From Clostridia bacterium (GTDB lineage Bacteria > Bacillota > Clostridia > Christensenellales > UBA1242), in NCBI GenBank assembly GCA_017399265.1, contig JAFQDL010000006.1:4666-68665 (forward strand): a stretch of 64,000 nucleotides of DNA. Reading direction: 5' to 3'. A program made the position numbers and the translations under genes. Below the pieces are notes generated by a model. That model was not told where the DNA came from, did no database searches, and saw nothing but the letters and a program-made list of their open reading frames with translations. Below are positions 9,254 to 18,997 of this stretch, in pieces (positions within the stretch are counted from its first letter, which is position 1; each line of letters begins with the position of its first letter).

Positions 9254-9522
9254 AGAATATAATAATCTTTGAAAAATAGAAAAAATTATAAGAAAAATAA
9301 TTATTTGTAAGAGTATAAAATGACAGATATTAGCAAAAGATAAAATATATATCATAGTGGGCAATTATTTGCTAATTAATCTTATGTAATAATTGCAAAC
9401 AATGCCTATTTTTGTCAAAAAAATGTTTTTTTTAAAATATATCTAAATTATTTTGGAAAATCGTTTATCTATGCTATCATTAAATAGATTTCAAAAATAA
9501 ATGAAAAAAGGAAGAAGATATT

Positions 9523-9867
9523 ATGTTGAAATTAATGAATTTTTTTAGTTTTTTATTGGCGCCAGATTTTAGTGGAGCTCCTGATGGTATCAAGGAAATA
9601 ATGGTAAAGATATATGAAGTTATAGAATCTATTGTTGTTCCAGTTATTATTTTGGTTGCTACTGTTGGTATTATTTATGCTATTGTTCTTGGTGTAAATT
9701 ATGCTAAGGCAGAGACTAGTGACGCAAAAGAAGAAGCTAAAAAACGTATTATTAACGTTGTAGTAGGTGCAGTACTTATTATTGTATTAGTATTATTAAT
9801 GTATCTATTCATCAGTAATGCAGATGCAATTTTTGGATGGGCTGCTCAGGAAGGGGGTATTGCGTAA
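9523..9867 (+). CDS. Small two-TM protein, VirB2/TrbC pilin-like
   Basis: The 114-aa product has a hydrophobic N-terminal leader and two long TM helices separated by a charged loop (YAKAETSDAKEEAKKR), which is the VirB2/TrbC topology. It is divergent from the T4CP gene. The assignment rests on architecture only. Confidence 0.4.
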   Translation: MLKLMNFFSFLLAPDFSGAPDGIKEIMVKIYEVIESIVVPVIILVATVGIIYAIVLGVNYAKAETSDAKEEAKKRIINVVVGAVLIIVLVLLMYLFISNADAIFGWAAQEGGIA

Positions 9868-9873
9868 TAACAA

Positions 9874-9903
9874 GAAAACAAGGTTTAAGCCTTGTTTTTT
9901 TTA
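9874..9903 (+). terminator. Rho-independent terminator
   Basis: The stem gaaaacaagg/ccttgttttt is followed by a T-run. Confidence 0.75.
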
Positions 9904-9918
9904 TTCGTGCAATGATGT

Positions 9919-9959
9919 AAAAAAAGATATCCCTCATTTAGTATAGGATATCTTTTTTG
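9919..9959 (-). terminator. Rho-independent terminator of nifJ
   Basis: A 12-bp stem (aaaaagatatcc/ggatatcttttt) lies immediately downstream of the minus-strand stop. Confidence 0.75.
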
Positions 9960-9967
9960 TTGTTATT

Positions 9968-12900
9968 TTATTTCTCGCTTAGAGACTTGTAATAGTCGTA
10001 AGTTTTCTTTGCGTTAGCTTTGGCTTCTGCAAATAACTCTTTTGCTAAGTTCTCGTCTTTAGCGATTAAAGACTTGTATCTATTTTCGCCTTTTAGGAAT
10101 TCTTCGTAGTCAAGAGTTGGTTCTTTAGAATCTAGGATAAATGGATGGTCTAGGGTTGGGTTGTATCTCCATAGATGCCAATAACCAGACTCAACTGCTT
10201 TTTTCATCTCACCTTGGCTATTAGTCATATTAATTCCATGGTTGATACATGGAGCATATGCTATAATAAGTGATACACCATTATATGCTTCTGCTTCTGT
10301 CATAGCTTTAACTAGTTGGTTCATATCTGCACCCATAGCAACTTTGGCTACGTATACATCTTTGTAAGTAGTTGCCATAATGCCTAGGTCTTTTTTATTA
10401 GTACGTTTTCCATTAGCAGCGAATTTAGCAACAGCACCAAGAGGGGTGGATTTGCTAGATTGCCCGCCTGTATTGGAGTATACTTCTGTGTCTAATACTA
10501 AGATATTAATATTCTCGCCACTAGCAAGTACATGATCTAGTCCGCCATAACCAATATCGTATGCCCAACCATCTCCACCAAGGATCCAGATGCTGTTTTT
10601 AGCAAAGTGGTCTTGTAGGGCAAGTACTTTTTGACATGCAGGTCTAGAGCAACCAAGTGATTTAATAATCTCAACAATTGCTTTACCAAGTACACGCATT
10701 GATTTAGCATCGGTTGCAGCAAAGTATTTGTTGATAAGTGCTTTTAGTTCGTCGTTGTCAGATGCTTCTAGTACTTCTTTTAATGCTTTTTGAAGTTCAT
10801 TATGATTTATTTCTAGACCACTTGCAATACCAAGACCGAATTCTGCATTGTCTTCGAACAAGCTATTTCCCCAAGCTACACCGTAGCCATCTTCGTCTTT
10901 AGCATATGGGCAAGCAGGAGCGCTTCCGCCGTAGATACTAGAGCAGCCAGTAGCATTAGCGATAACCATATGATCACCGAATAATTGAGAAAGAAGTTTT
11001 ACATAAGGAGTCTCACCACAACCAGCACAAGCGCCACTGAATTCGAAATATGGTTTTTGGTATTGGCTACCTTTTAGAGTGTTAGGCTTGAATACATCAC
11101 TCTTTGCTTTTGGTAAAGATGATACATAATTGTATTTCTTATCCTCAGATTCCATAATGTCAGAGCTGTCAACCATCGTCAAAGCTTTGTTTTTAGCAGG
11201 GCAGACTTTAGCACAAACTCCGCAACCAGTACAATCTTTGCTTGATACTTGAAGAATAAATTGTTTGTTCTTCTCTGCCAAAGCGTTAAGAGTCTTTACG
11301 TCTTCTGGCTTGTCTGCTAGATCTTTGTCTTCAACCAAATATGGTCTAATTGCAGCATGTGGGCAAACAAATGCACATTGATTACATTGAATACAGTTTT
11401 CACTATTCCAGCAAGGAAGTTCTGTAGCGATTCCACGTTTTTCATATTTGGTTGTGTCAGTTGGAACAAAGCCTCTTTCATCAAATTGACTTACTTTTAG
11501 ATCATCTCCATCTAATCTTTGGATAGGTTTGATGATTTCGTTGTAATATTTGTCAGTTGCATTTACACAAGTATCTGTATTCTTAACGTCACAAGGGATA
11601 TCTACATTAGCCCAAGTGGTTGGGTAGTTAACTCCTGTGATTTTGCTTCCAGCTAGGTCAATTGCAGTATAGTTTTTCTTTAACGCTTCTTCGCCAGCTT
11701 TAGCATAAGACTTCTTAGCAAAATCTTTCATTTCGCTAACAGCTTTATCGTAAGGCATAATGTTGATTAATTTGAAGAATGCTGATTGCATGATAAGGTT
11801 AATTTTATTACCAAGACCTAATTCTTTAGCGATAGCATTGGCGTCAATTGTATAAAGCTTAATATTTTTTGTAGCAATTTCTTTCTTTAGGCTTGCAGGG
11901 AAGTAAGTTTCAATTCCTTTCAAATCCCATTCTGTGTTAAGAAGCATTGTTGCGCCATCTTTAACATTCTTTAGCAAATTGTATTTAGTAACATATGTTT
12001 GGTTATGTACAGAAATAAAGTCAATATTGTCTAGTAAATAACTTTGAGTTAATTCATTTTTGCCAAATCTGATATGGCTAATAGTAGCGTTTCCGCTCTT
12101 TTTGCTATCATATTCAAAATATGCTTGACCGCTATACTCTGTGTTATTACCGATGATTTTGATAGAGCTTTTGTTAGCACTAACTGTTCCATCTCCACCA
12201 AATCCATAGAATTTACATTCTGTAACAGAAGAGTCTGATGGGTAGATATTTTTGTTAATAGTAAGAGATAGGTTAGTTACATCATCATCTATTCCTACTG
12301 TGAAGTTGTTCTTTGGATTAGCACTTTCTAAATTGTCTAGAACTGCACCAACCATGCTAGGAGTAAACTCTTTACTACCTAGGCCATATCTTCCACCTAT
12401 AACTGTAACTTTGCTATCGTATAGAGCACATTTAACGTCTTTGTATAGTGGTTCACCATCAGCACCAGGTTCTTTAGTTCTATCTAGAACAGCAACTCTT
12501 TTGACAGTCTTTGGTAAAACTTTTAAGAAGCTTTCAGTATCAAATGGTCTGTATAATCTAACGTTAACCATACCATATTTTTTACCTTGGCTATTTAGGT
12601 AGTCTATTGTTAATTTGCAAGTAGAACTTCCGCTACCCATCATAACAATAACACTTTCAGCGTCCGCTGCTCCATAATAGTCCATCACTTTGTATTTTCT
12701 ACCAGTTATTTTTGCAACTTCGTCCATAGTTTCTTGTACGATACCTGGTACTGCGTTGTAATATTTGTTACATGCTTCTCTGTTTTGGAAGTATATGTCT
12801 GGGTTTTGAGCAGTGCCTTGTTGGTGAGGGTTTGCTGAATTTAGACAACGAGATCTGAATTCGTTGATTTTGTCCCAAGGTACAAGTTTCATAATACTTT

Positions 12901-13459
12901 CGTCATCAATATCATTAATACTATTGATTTCGTGGCTTGTTCTAAATCCATCGAAGAAGTGAACAAATGGAACAGAAGATTTTAGGGTAGCCAAATGCGC
13001 TACAAGTGCCATATCCATGGCTTCTTGAACAGAGCTAGAAGCAAGCATAGCCCAACCAGTTTGTCTGATAGCCATAACGTCACTATGATCTCCAAATATT
13101 GATAGAGCATGTGTTGCAAGTGCTCTTGCACTAACGTGCATAACACATGGTGTCAATTCTCCTGCAATTTTGTACATGTTAGGAATCATAAGTAATAGAC
13201 CTTGGCTAGCAGTGAAAGTAGTTGTTAAAGCACCACCGCTAAGGCTTCCGTGAAGTGCACCAGCGGCTCCGCCTTCTGATTGCATTTCTGTAACTTTTAC
13301 AATGTTTCCAAAAATATTTTTCTTTCCTTCACTTGCCCATTTATCACAAAGCTCAGCCATTGTGCTAGATGGGGTGATAGGGTAGATTGTTGCTGCATCA
13401 CTAAATTTGTATGCAATAGATGCTGCAGCGGTATTTCCGTCTACGGTAATTTTAGCCAT
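9968..13459 (-). CDS. nifJ: Pyruvate:ferredoxin (flavodoxin) oxidoreductase, single-polypeptide type
   Basis: The 1163-aa product has the MAKITVDGNTAAASIAYKFSDAATIYPITPSS N-terminus and two 4Fe-4S ferredoxin motifs (CIQCNQCAFVCPHAAIRP, CTGCGVCAKVCP). The TPP-binding region GGDGWAYDIGYGGLDHV is present. Confidence 0.97.
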   Translation of the reverse strand: MAKITVDGNTAAASIAYKFSDAATIYPITPSSTMAELCDKWASEGKKNIFGNIVKVTEMQSEGGAAGALHGSLSGGALTTTFTASQGLLLMIPNMYKIAGELTPCVMHVSARALATHALSIFGDHSDVMAIRQTGWAMLASSSVQEAMDMALVAHLATLKSSVPFVHFFDGFRTSHEINSINDIDDESIMKLVPWDKINEFRSRCLNSANPHQQGTAQNPDIYFQNREACNKYYNAVPGIVQETMDEVAKITGRKYKVMDYYGAADAESVIVMMGSGSSTCKLTIDYLNSQGKKYGMVNVRLYRPFDTESFLKVLPKTVKRVAVLDRTKEPGADGEPLYKDVKCALYDSKVTVIGGRYGLGSKEFTPSMVGAVLDNLESANPKNNFTVGIDDDVTNLSLTINKNIYPSDSSVTECKFYGFGGDGTVSANKSSIKIIGNNTEYSGQAYFEYDSKKSGNATISHIRFGKNELTQSYLLDNIDFISVHNQTYVTKYNLLKNVKDGATMLLNTEWDLKGIETYFPASLKKEIATKNIKLYTIDANAIAKELGLGNKINLIMQSAFFKLINIMPYDKAVSEMKDFAKKSYAKAGEEALKKNYTAIDLAGSKITGVNYPTTWANVDIPCDVKNTDTCVNATDKYYNEIIKPIQRLDGDDLKVSQFDERGFVPTDTTKYEKRGIATELPCWNSENCIQCNQCAFVCPHAAIRPYLVEDKDLADKPEDVKTLNALAEKNKQFILQVSSKDCTGCGVCAKVCPAKNKALTMVDSSDIMESEDKKYNYVSSLPKAKSDVFKPNTLKGSQYQKPYFEFSGACAGCGETPYVKLLSQLFGDHMVIANATGCSSIYGGSAPACPYAKDEDGYGVAWGNSLFEDNAEFGLGIASGLEINHNELQKALKEVLEASDNDELKALINKYFAATDAKSMRVLGKAIVEIIKSLGCSRPACQKVLALQDHFAKNSIWILGGDGWAYDIGYGGLDHVLASGENINILVLDTEVYSNTGGQSSKSTPLGAVAKFAANGKRTNKKDLGIMATTYKDVYVAKVAMGADMNQLVKAMTEAEAYNGVSLIIAYAPCINHGINMTNSQGEMKKAVESGYWHLWRYNPTLDHPFILDSKEPTLDYEEFLKGENRYKSLIAKDENLAKELFAEAKANAKKTYDYYKSLSEK

Positions 13460-13648
13460 ATAATTTCTCCTTAATTAAATAGTAACTTAGTAAGTATATA
13501 ATTAATTATTTTATTAGTCAAATAAATAAGCAAAATGCTACCATTTTCTTGTAAAAAATGCTACAATGAATAAGATAAAAGGAGTTATTCGACTATAACT
13601 ACAGCAAAAATATTTTTTATATAAAATCATTAAAACTAGGAGTATAAA

Positions 13649-14416
13649 GTGAGATTAAAAGTTGAGTTTAGTTATTTAGGGGAAAATTATTTTGGGTATC
13701 AAGTGCAAGATGGTGTGAGGACGGTACAAGGAGATATAGAGAAAGTCTTGTCTGACTTTTTTGATACAGATATTTCTTTTGTTGCAAGTGGTAGAACAGA
13801 TACTGGTGTTTCTGCGATAAGACAAGTAGGGCATTTTGATATAAAAGATGATGTATTATTAGCCAAAATTAAAAATGATTCAGCAAAAGAATTCGAAAGT
13901 CTTGTGATAAGAATTAATTATTTGTTGGATAAAGATATTAGATTCTTACATGTGTCAAAAGCCTCGGAAGATTATCATGCGCGGTTTAATGCAAAGAAAA
14001 AGACTTATTTTTATAACCTTTATTCTTCTAAAACAGAAATCCCATATTTTTCTCAATTTGCACTTTGGGTAAAGTATAATCTGGATATAAACAAGATAAG
14101 AGACGCAATTAAGGCTTTTGTTGGTACGCATGATTTTACAGCATTTTGTGCAAGTGGTAGTGAAGTACAAGATAAGGTTAGGACAATATACGAGGCAGAA
14201 TTGATAGAAAATGAAATGGGTTATATTACTCTAAAATTCGTTGGGAATGGATTTCTATATAATATGATAAGGATAATGGTTGGTACAATGATAGAAGTTG
14301 GCAGAGGTAAATTAACTAAAGATGATATAACAAAAATAATAGAGAATAAGGACAGAACTCTAGCAGGCAAAACCGTTTCTGCGATAGGACTAGTCCTAGG
14401 CAGTGTAGAAAATTAA
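13649..14416 (+). CDS. truA: tRNA pseudouridine(38-40) synthase TruA
   Basis: The catalytic motif GRTDTGVSA is present, along with FLYNMIRIMVG and an overall length of about 250 aa. The start codon is GTG. Confidence 0.9.
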   Translation: MRLKVEFSYLGENYFGYQVQDGVRTVQGDIEKVLSDFFDTDISFVASGRTDTGVSAIRQVGHFDIKDDVLLAKIKNDSAKEFESLVIRINYLLDKDIRFLHVSKASEDYHARFNAKKKTYFYNLYSSKTEIPYFSQFALWVKYNLDINKIRDAIKAFVGTHDFTAFCASGSEVQDKVRTIYEAELIENEMGYITLKFVGNGFLYNMIRIMVGTMIEVGRGKLTKDDITKIIENKDRTLAGKTVSAIGLVLGSVEN

Positions 14417-14505
14417 AAAAGTAGGCTAAATAAACCTGCTTTTTTTAATTATATTAGAATTTAAGATTAAATATAACTCTTGATATAAGTGCTAGAAAAT
14501 CACTA

Positions 14506-14535
14506 TTGACTTTTAGATTTTGCGTATGCTATACT
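14506..14535 (+). promoter_or_regulatory. Sigma-A-type promoter of paralog A
   Basis: The element reads TTGACT-N18-TATACT, with TGc immediately upstream of the -10 box. Confidence 0.55.
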
Positions 14536-14556
14536 ACTCGCATAAGAGGTGTAGTA

Positions 14557-15129
14557 ATGGATGATAATTTTTTGGTAAAAATTAGAAGATTGGGTATTTT
14601 GAAAGATTTTCTAAACAAATCCGACGGGCAATTTATGATACATTCGGATAAATATGCTCAAAGTTTAATATTATCTGAAGAAAAGAATTTTGTAGCGGCT
14701 ATGCATCAGTATGATGCTAAAGGAGAGGGTGAGACTGCTACAATAGTAAGTAGTCCAGAGATTGCGGATTATATTGATGTAAAAGAATTAGATGAAAACT
14801 ATAAATATATGTTTGCTGTATCTACTAGACAGTATCCTACTAGAAATACAACAATACTTTTGGCTAATGATTTTGATGATTTGTATTATAATGTACAAAT
14901 TTTAGCAAAAGGTTATATGAATGGAGCAAAAGATGGATCTTTACCCGAGGATTCTGGACTTGATGTGCATTTTTGCGGCTCGCAAGATAAGGCTTTTTTG
15001 CATTTAACAATGCTTTATAATTATTATGGTGAATATGGGTATAGAGGGGATGCTGTAGCAGATTTGCCAAATGTAATGCGAGATATATATCAGCAATATA
15101 TCGAGGAAGAGCAAGATTTAGCACAGTAA
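14557..15129 (+). CDS. Hypothetical protein, tandem paralog A (190 aa)
   Basis: I prefer the start at the ATG following SD agaggtg. The product is clearly homologous to the next gene (FLN+(S/T)DG+F(M/L)IHSD, ILxNDFxDxYYNVxxL, LPExxGLDVxFxGS, LxLTMxYNY). Confidence 0.65.
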   Translation: MDDNFLVKIRRLGILKDFLNKSDGQFMIHSDKYAQSLILSEEKNFVAAMHQYDAKGEGETATIVSSPEIADYIDVKELDENYKYMFAVSTRQYPTRNTTILLANDFDDLYYNVQILAKGYMNGAKDGSLPEDSGLDVHFCGSQDKAFLHLTMLYNYYGEYGYRGDAVADLPNVMRDIYQQYIEEEQDLAQ

Positions 15130-15137
15130 TTTTAAGG

Positions 15138-15168
15138 AAATATAGACAAATTGAGTCTATATTTTTTA
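15138..15168 (+). terminator. Rho-independent terminator between paralogs A and B
   Basis: The stem aaatatagac/gtctatattt is followed by a T-run. Confidence 0.7.
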
Positions 15169-15210
15169 TTATTAACATAGTGATAGACAAAAGCGCTTAA
15201 ATAAACGATA

Positions 15211-15239
15211 TTGACAATGTGTTATCAGCATGTTATACT
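15211..15239 (+). promoter_or_regulatory. Sigma-A-type promoter of paralog B
   Basis: The element reads TTGACA-N17-TATACT, with TGt upstream of the -10 box. Confidence 0.6.
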
Positions 15240-15260
15240 CATGTCACAAAAGGAGTTGTT

Positions 15261-15827
15261 ATGAGAAAGAAAGGTTTACAAATGTTAAGAAGGGATTATT
15301 TGCACGGTTTTCTGAATAGAACTGATGGCAAGTTTTTGATTCATTCTGATTTAAAAGGACAAAACTTTATAATGTCTCAAGAAAATAAATTTGTAACTAT
15401 GATGCATGCTAATGATTTAAAATGTGATAAGACATCTACAACCATGATGTGTAATAAGGTACTTGCTCGTAATATAGATGTTGATAAGTTGGAAGAAGAT
15501 TACAATTATATGTTTTATGCATCATCAAGAAATGAAACTATAAAGAATACTTTAATATTATCTAATGACTTCGCAGATATGTATTATAATGTTAAATTAT
15601 TAATTGATGTTTACAAAAATTATGCTAATAATGAAAGGTTGCCAGAGAATCCTGGACTTGATGTAACATTTGCAGGTTCGAAATATAATACATTTTTGTC
15701 ATTAACAATGTTTTATAATTATGGAACTGGTGGTTTTTTGAATTCTAGGCAGGGATTAGAAACTGTATTAAACATAATAAGAGACAAATATTTTCGATTA
15801 GAAGGTAATCAAGATTTTGAACAATAA
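15261..15827 (+). CDS. Hypothetical protein, tandem paralog B (188 aa)
   Basis: The ATG follows SD aaaggag. The product is homologous to paralog A along its full length. Confidence 0.65.
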   Translation: MRKKGLQMLRRDYLHGFLNRTDGKFLIHSDLKGQNFIMSQENKFVTMMHANDLKCDKTSTTMMCNKVLARNIDVDKLEEDYNYMFYASSRNETIKNTLILSNDFADMYYNVKLLIDVYKNYANNERLPENPGLDVTFAGSKYNTFLSLTMFYNYGTGGFLNSRQGLETVLNIIRDKYFRLEGNQDFEQ

Positions 15828-15828
15828 A

Positions 15829-15891
15829 AAAAGATGAGGGGATAATGCTTAAATATGAGATTTTAAGCAAAGTTCCTCTCATCTATTTTTA
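15829..15891. terminator. Bidirectional terminator hairpin between convergent genes
   Basis: A 10-bp outer stem (agatgagggg/cctctcatct) encloses an inner gcttaa/ttaagc stem. A/T runs are present on both sides. Confidence 0.65.
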
Positions 15892-15919
15892 TTATAACCT
15901 ATTTTGTAGTTTTTATTCA

Positions 15920-16732
15920 TTATTGGTTGTATTTTTTCTTCATTATTTTTTCAAACCATGCAACTATAAAGTACATAATAGCAGCTAAGAAACATAGTAT
16001 TACAGTGCTTGCCATAACTAGATTTAGGTTGAATACTTGGCTGCCATAGACTATTAGATATCCAAGTCCGGCACGTGAGTTCAGATATTCACCCATAATA
16101 GTTCCTACCCAAGTAAGCCCGACATTAACTTTTAATACACCTATAAAGTCGCAAGTTGCGTTAGGAATAATTAGTTTGGTTAAGACTTGGAATTTGTTAG
16201 CTCCGTAACTGCGAAGCAGTAGTATCTTGGAGTTTTCACAATTCTGATAAGCATTTAGCATGGTAATAGTTGTGATTATGATCATAATAAGCACTGCCAT
16301 CATTACAATAGACTTGGTTCCAATTCCTACCCATATAATTATCATTGGGCCAAGAGCAATCTTAGGCAAACTATTAAGAACAACTAAGAAAGGTTCGGTT
16401 ATTTTCTGTAGTGTCTTGTTCCACCAAAGTATTATTGCTAGCATTGTTCCCAATCCCGTAGCAATTACGAATGCAAGTATTGACTCATAGAGAGTGGTTG
16501 AGATATGCAGCCATAATTCTCCTGTTGAGGCAATATTACCTATTGTTTCTATTATTTTTGATGGGCTGCTAGTTATAAATGTGTCAATGGCTCCAGTCAT
16601 AGCAAGCAGTTCCCAAGCACCAATAAAGCCTACAAGTATAAGTATTTGAATGACTAAGATAGTTATTTTCTTAAATTTTTCTTTTTTGATATAGTTATTA
16701 TACTCTTTGGAATGGTTATTACTTTTTTTCAT
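15920..16732 (-). CDS. ABC transporter permease (NitT/TauT-type, BPD_transp_1 fold)
   Basis: The product has 6 TM helices and an EAA-like loop region. A 4-nt overlap with the upstream ATPase gene indicates an operon. Confidence 0.8.
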   Translation of the reverse strand: MKKSNNHSKEYNNYIKKEKFKKITILVIQILILVGFIGAWELLAMTGAIDTFITSSPSKIIETIGNIASTGELWLHISTTLYESILAFVIATGLGTMLAIILWWNKTLQKITEPFLVVLNSLPKIALGPMIIIWVGIGTKSIVMMAVLIMIIITTITMLNAYQNCENSKILLLRSYGANKFQVLTKLIIPNATCDFIGVLKVNVGLTWVGTIMGEYLNSRAGLGYLIVYGSQVFNLNLVMASTVILCFLAAIMYFIVAWFEKIMKKKYNQ

Positions 16733-17472
16733 TGTAATTCCTCCCAGATAGTATTGAATAACTCTTTGCTTTCATTTGATTCTCTTCGCTTTAGCGGTGT
16801 GTCTATATGTGAAAGGTTGATATTGTGAATTGTTTTTATAGTTGCTGGGCGTTTGGTTAATACTATTATTCTATCGCTCATGCTAATAGCTTCGGATATG
16901 TCATGGGTTACAAGAATGGAAGTGATACCTTCTTCTTTTAAAATTTTATATACATCATCACATACATTTAATCTTGTCTGATAATCCAAAGCACTAAAAG
17001 CTTCGTCTAGTAATAAAATCTTAGGTTGTAGGGCAAGCGTTCTAATAAGCGCTGCTCTTTGTCTCATTCCTCCAGATATTTGGCTCGGGTGAGAATTCCT
17101 AAAATCCCAAAGTCCATATTTTTTAAGTAGTCCTTCCACATATTCTTTAGAGTCATTGTTTAGTTTTTTTTGTATCTCTAGTCCTAGATAGATGTTATCT
17201 AATATCGTTCTCCATTCAAACAGCTCATCTTTTTGGAACATATATCCAATCATGTTTTCGCTGCTATTGTTGTTGATTTCGATATTTCCATCAGTTGGTT
17301 TTAATAGGCCAGAGATAAGAGAAAGTATAGTAGTTTTTCCGCAGCCGCTAGGTCCAACAATGCTTACAAATTCTTTTTCTTTTATATCTAAACTAATATT
17401 GTCTAAAGCCTTTGTTTCGCCGTTTTTGCTAAAATATGTTAGACTAACGTTATTTAGTTTTAAAATGCTCAT
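16729..17472 (-). CDS. ABC transporter ATP-binding protein (NitT/TauT-type)
   Basis: Motifs present: Walker A GPSGCGKTT, signature ISGGMRQR, Walker B ILLLDEAFSALD, and the H-loop VTHD. Confidence 0.9.
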   Translation of the reverse strand: MSILKLNNVSLTYFSKNGETKALDNISLDIKEKEFVSIVGPSGCGKTTILSLISGLLKPTDGNIEINNNSSENMIGYMFQKDELFEWRTILDNIYLGLEIQKKLNNDSKEYVEGLLKKYGLWDFRNSHPSQISGGMRQRAALIRTLALQPKILLLDEAFSALDYQTRLNVCDDVYKILKEEGITSILVTHDISEAISMSDRIIVLTKRPATIKTIHNINLSHIDTPLKRRESNESKELFNTIWEELQ

Positions 17473-17561
17473 CTATATTCTCCCTGTATATCTTAGCATT
17501 CTAATTCATAATATTAAGATTATGAATATTTTGTGATATGGGGGACTAATATATTATTTTT

Positions 17562-18566
17562 TTAATCACCTAACATCTCGTTAATTACTTCTTGTGCGTA
17601 AGAATTATTAACAACAGATGCAAATGGTACGTTCTCTGTCAATGTTCCAGCTTGAGTCATAATATCTATTAGTCTATTGTAAGAACTTTCTGTCATGATA
17701 GGAGTAGCACACCAAGCATCTATCGCGATATAGTTAAGAAGGCTACTCTTTATTATTTCTCTATCACTATCTGCAAAAGAGGGTAGTAGTGCATCCACCA
17801 CGTCATCAATATCAGCAGTGACAAGGTAGTTGTATCCTCTCATAACTGCTTTTAAGAATTTGTGAATAGTTTCAGGATTGTCGTTTATATATTTGCTAGT
17901 AGCCATAAATGTAGTAAATGGCACTTCGCCAGCTGCCTCACCAACACTAGCCATAATATATCCTTGATTATTTTTTTCTAAAGTACTTCCTGTTGGTTCA
18001 AACGTAGTCATATAGTCGCCAGTGTTTGCGATAAATGATGCTGTCATATTGTTGAAAGCAACGTCATAATTAATCGTTATATTTTCTCCATCAATTAAGC
18101 CTTTATTCCTTAGAACATACTCTAGAGTCATGGCTGGCATGCCACCTTTTCTTCCACCTAGGATTTCTTTACCTTCCATAGAACTCCAGTCAAAGTTGCC
18201 ATTAATGTCTGTTCTTCCAATGATAAATGAGCCATCTCTTTTAGTTAATTGCCCGAATATAACTGGCAAATCTTCTCTGCCTTGAGATGCGACATATACA
18301 CTAGTCTCAGGTCCAAGTAGGGCAATATCGCATGCGTCGGTAAGTAGGGCAGTCATGCTTTGGTCAGATCCGCCGCCGTTGGTTAGTTCTATTTCAAATC
18401 CTTCATCTTCGAAATAACCATTGTTTATGGCTATATATAAAGGTGCGTAAAATATGCTATGAGTTACTTCGTTAATTCTTATTTTGTTTGTGCTTTCTCC
18501 ACAACCAACAAAAACAAACGAAGTCATCATCACGAGCATTATAAGAAATATTGCAATTTTTTTCAT
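17562..18566 (-). CDS. ABC transporter substrate-binding lipoprotein, NMT1/THI5-like
   Basis: I prefer the start at MKKIAIFLIMLVMMTSFVFVGCGES, which gives a lipobox VGC with SD aggagg 4-9 nt upstream. The body shows SBP-like alternation, as in NitT/TauT-family binding proteins. Confidence 0.65.
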   Translation of the reverse strand: MKKIAIFLIMLVMMTSFVFVGCGESTNKIRINEVTHSIFYAPLYIAINNGYFEDEGFEIELTNGGGSDQSMTALLTDACDIALLGPETSVYVASQGREDLPVIFGQLTKRDGSFIIGRTDINGNFDWSSMEGKEILGGRKGGMPAMTLEYVLRNKGLIDGENITINYDVAFNNMTASFIANTGDYMTTFEPTGSTLEKNNQGYIMASVGEAAGEVPFTTFMATSKYINDNPETIHKFLKAVMRGYNYLVTADIDDVVDALLPSFADSDREIIKSSLLNYIAIDAWCATPIMTESSYNRLIDIMTQAGTLTENVPFASVVNNSYAQEVINEMLGD

Positions 18567-18733
18567 AAATCCTCCTATAATTTTGCAATTATTATATTTT
18601 ATTCCAGTTGGTCTTTTTGTGTTAATCAGATATTTTTGTAAAAAATGCAAAAAATTTTCCTTTTTGGGATTGAAAAATATGTTTTAGTATGTTATAATGC
18701 AATTGACGATATAAAATATTTTGGAGAGAAAAT

Positions 18734-18994
18734 ATGATGAATTTATTATGTGCAGGAACATTTTTTGAGAATTTTTGGGCAAAAATGACAATATTATTTG
18801 GAACATTCAATTTCTGGGTAGGAGTATTTCTTGCTGCTTTTGGTGTGGCATTATTTATTCTTGGAAAGAGATTGACTAGAATACATAGAGCACAAGACGA
18901 AGTTGTAAAAGGTGACAGAGTTTGGTTAACATACAATATCCTTGGCAGTGCTTGCGTTGTAGCTGCTCTAGTTATTTGGATTTTCTTTTGCTAA
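18734..18994 (+). CDS. Small membrane protein (86 aa, 3 TM), unknown function
   Basis: The SD is ggagag, and an upstream element reads TTGAAA-N17-TATAAT. Hydrophobic helices are present. A terminator follows. Confidence 0.5.
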   Translation: MMNLLCAGTFFENFWAKMTILFGTFNFWVGVFLAAFGVALFILGKRLTRIHRAQDEVVKGDRVWLTYNILGSACVVAALVIWIFFC

Positions 18995-18997
18995 TAA

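Noticed and set aside
17562-18650. Longer N-terminal extensions offered by the ORF track. Affected ORFs: SBP 18650, recJ 22679, tig 54638, sigF 42821, array genes 31429 and 33379, paralogs 14506 and 15219, rpsO 28857, rpmB 37232, and asp23 39954.
   Set aside because: In each case an internal ATG is preceded by a proper SD and gives the canonical N-terminus, lipobox or family start. Several extensions would run through the promoter or overlap the upstream gene.
18567-18733. I looked for a TPP (or other) riboswitch upstream of the NMT1/THI5-like ABC importer operon, and for a T-box upstream of asnS (34861-35718).
   Set aside because: The conserved TPP core (CTGAGA...ACCTGA) is absent on the minus strand. 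The asnS upstream space is occupied by the HEPN-CBS gene, and no specifier or T-box sequence is seen.
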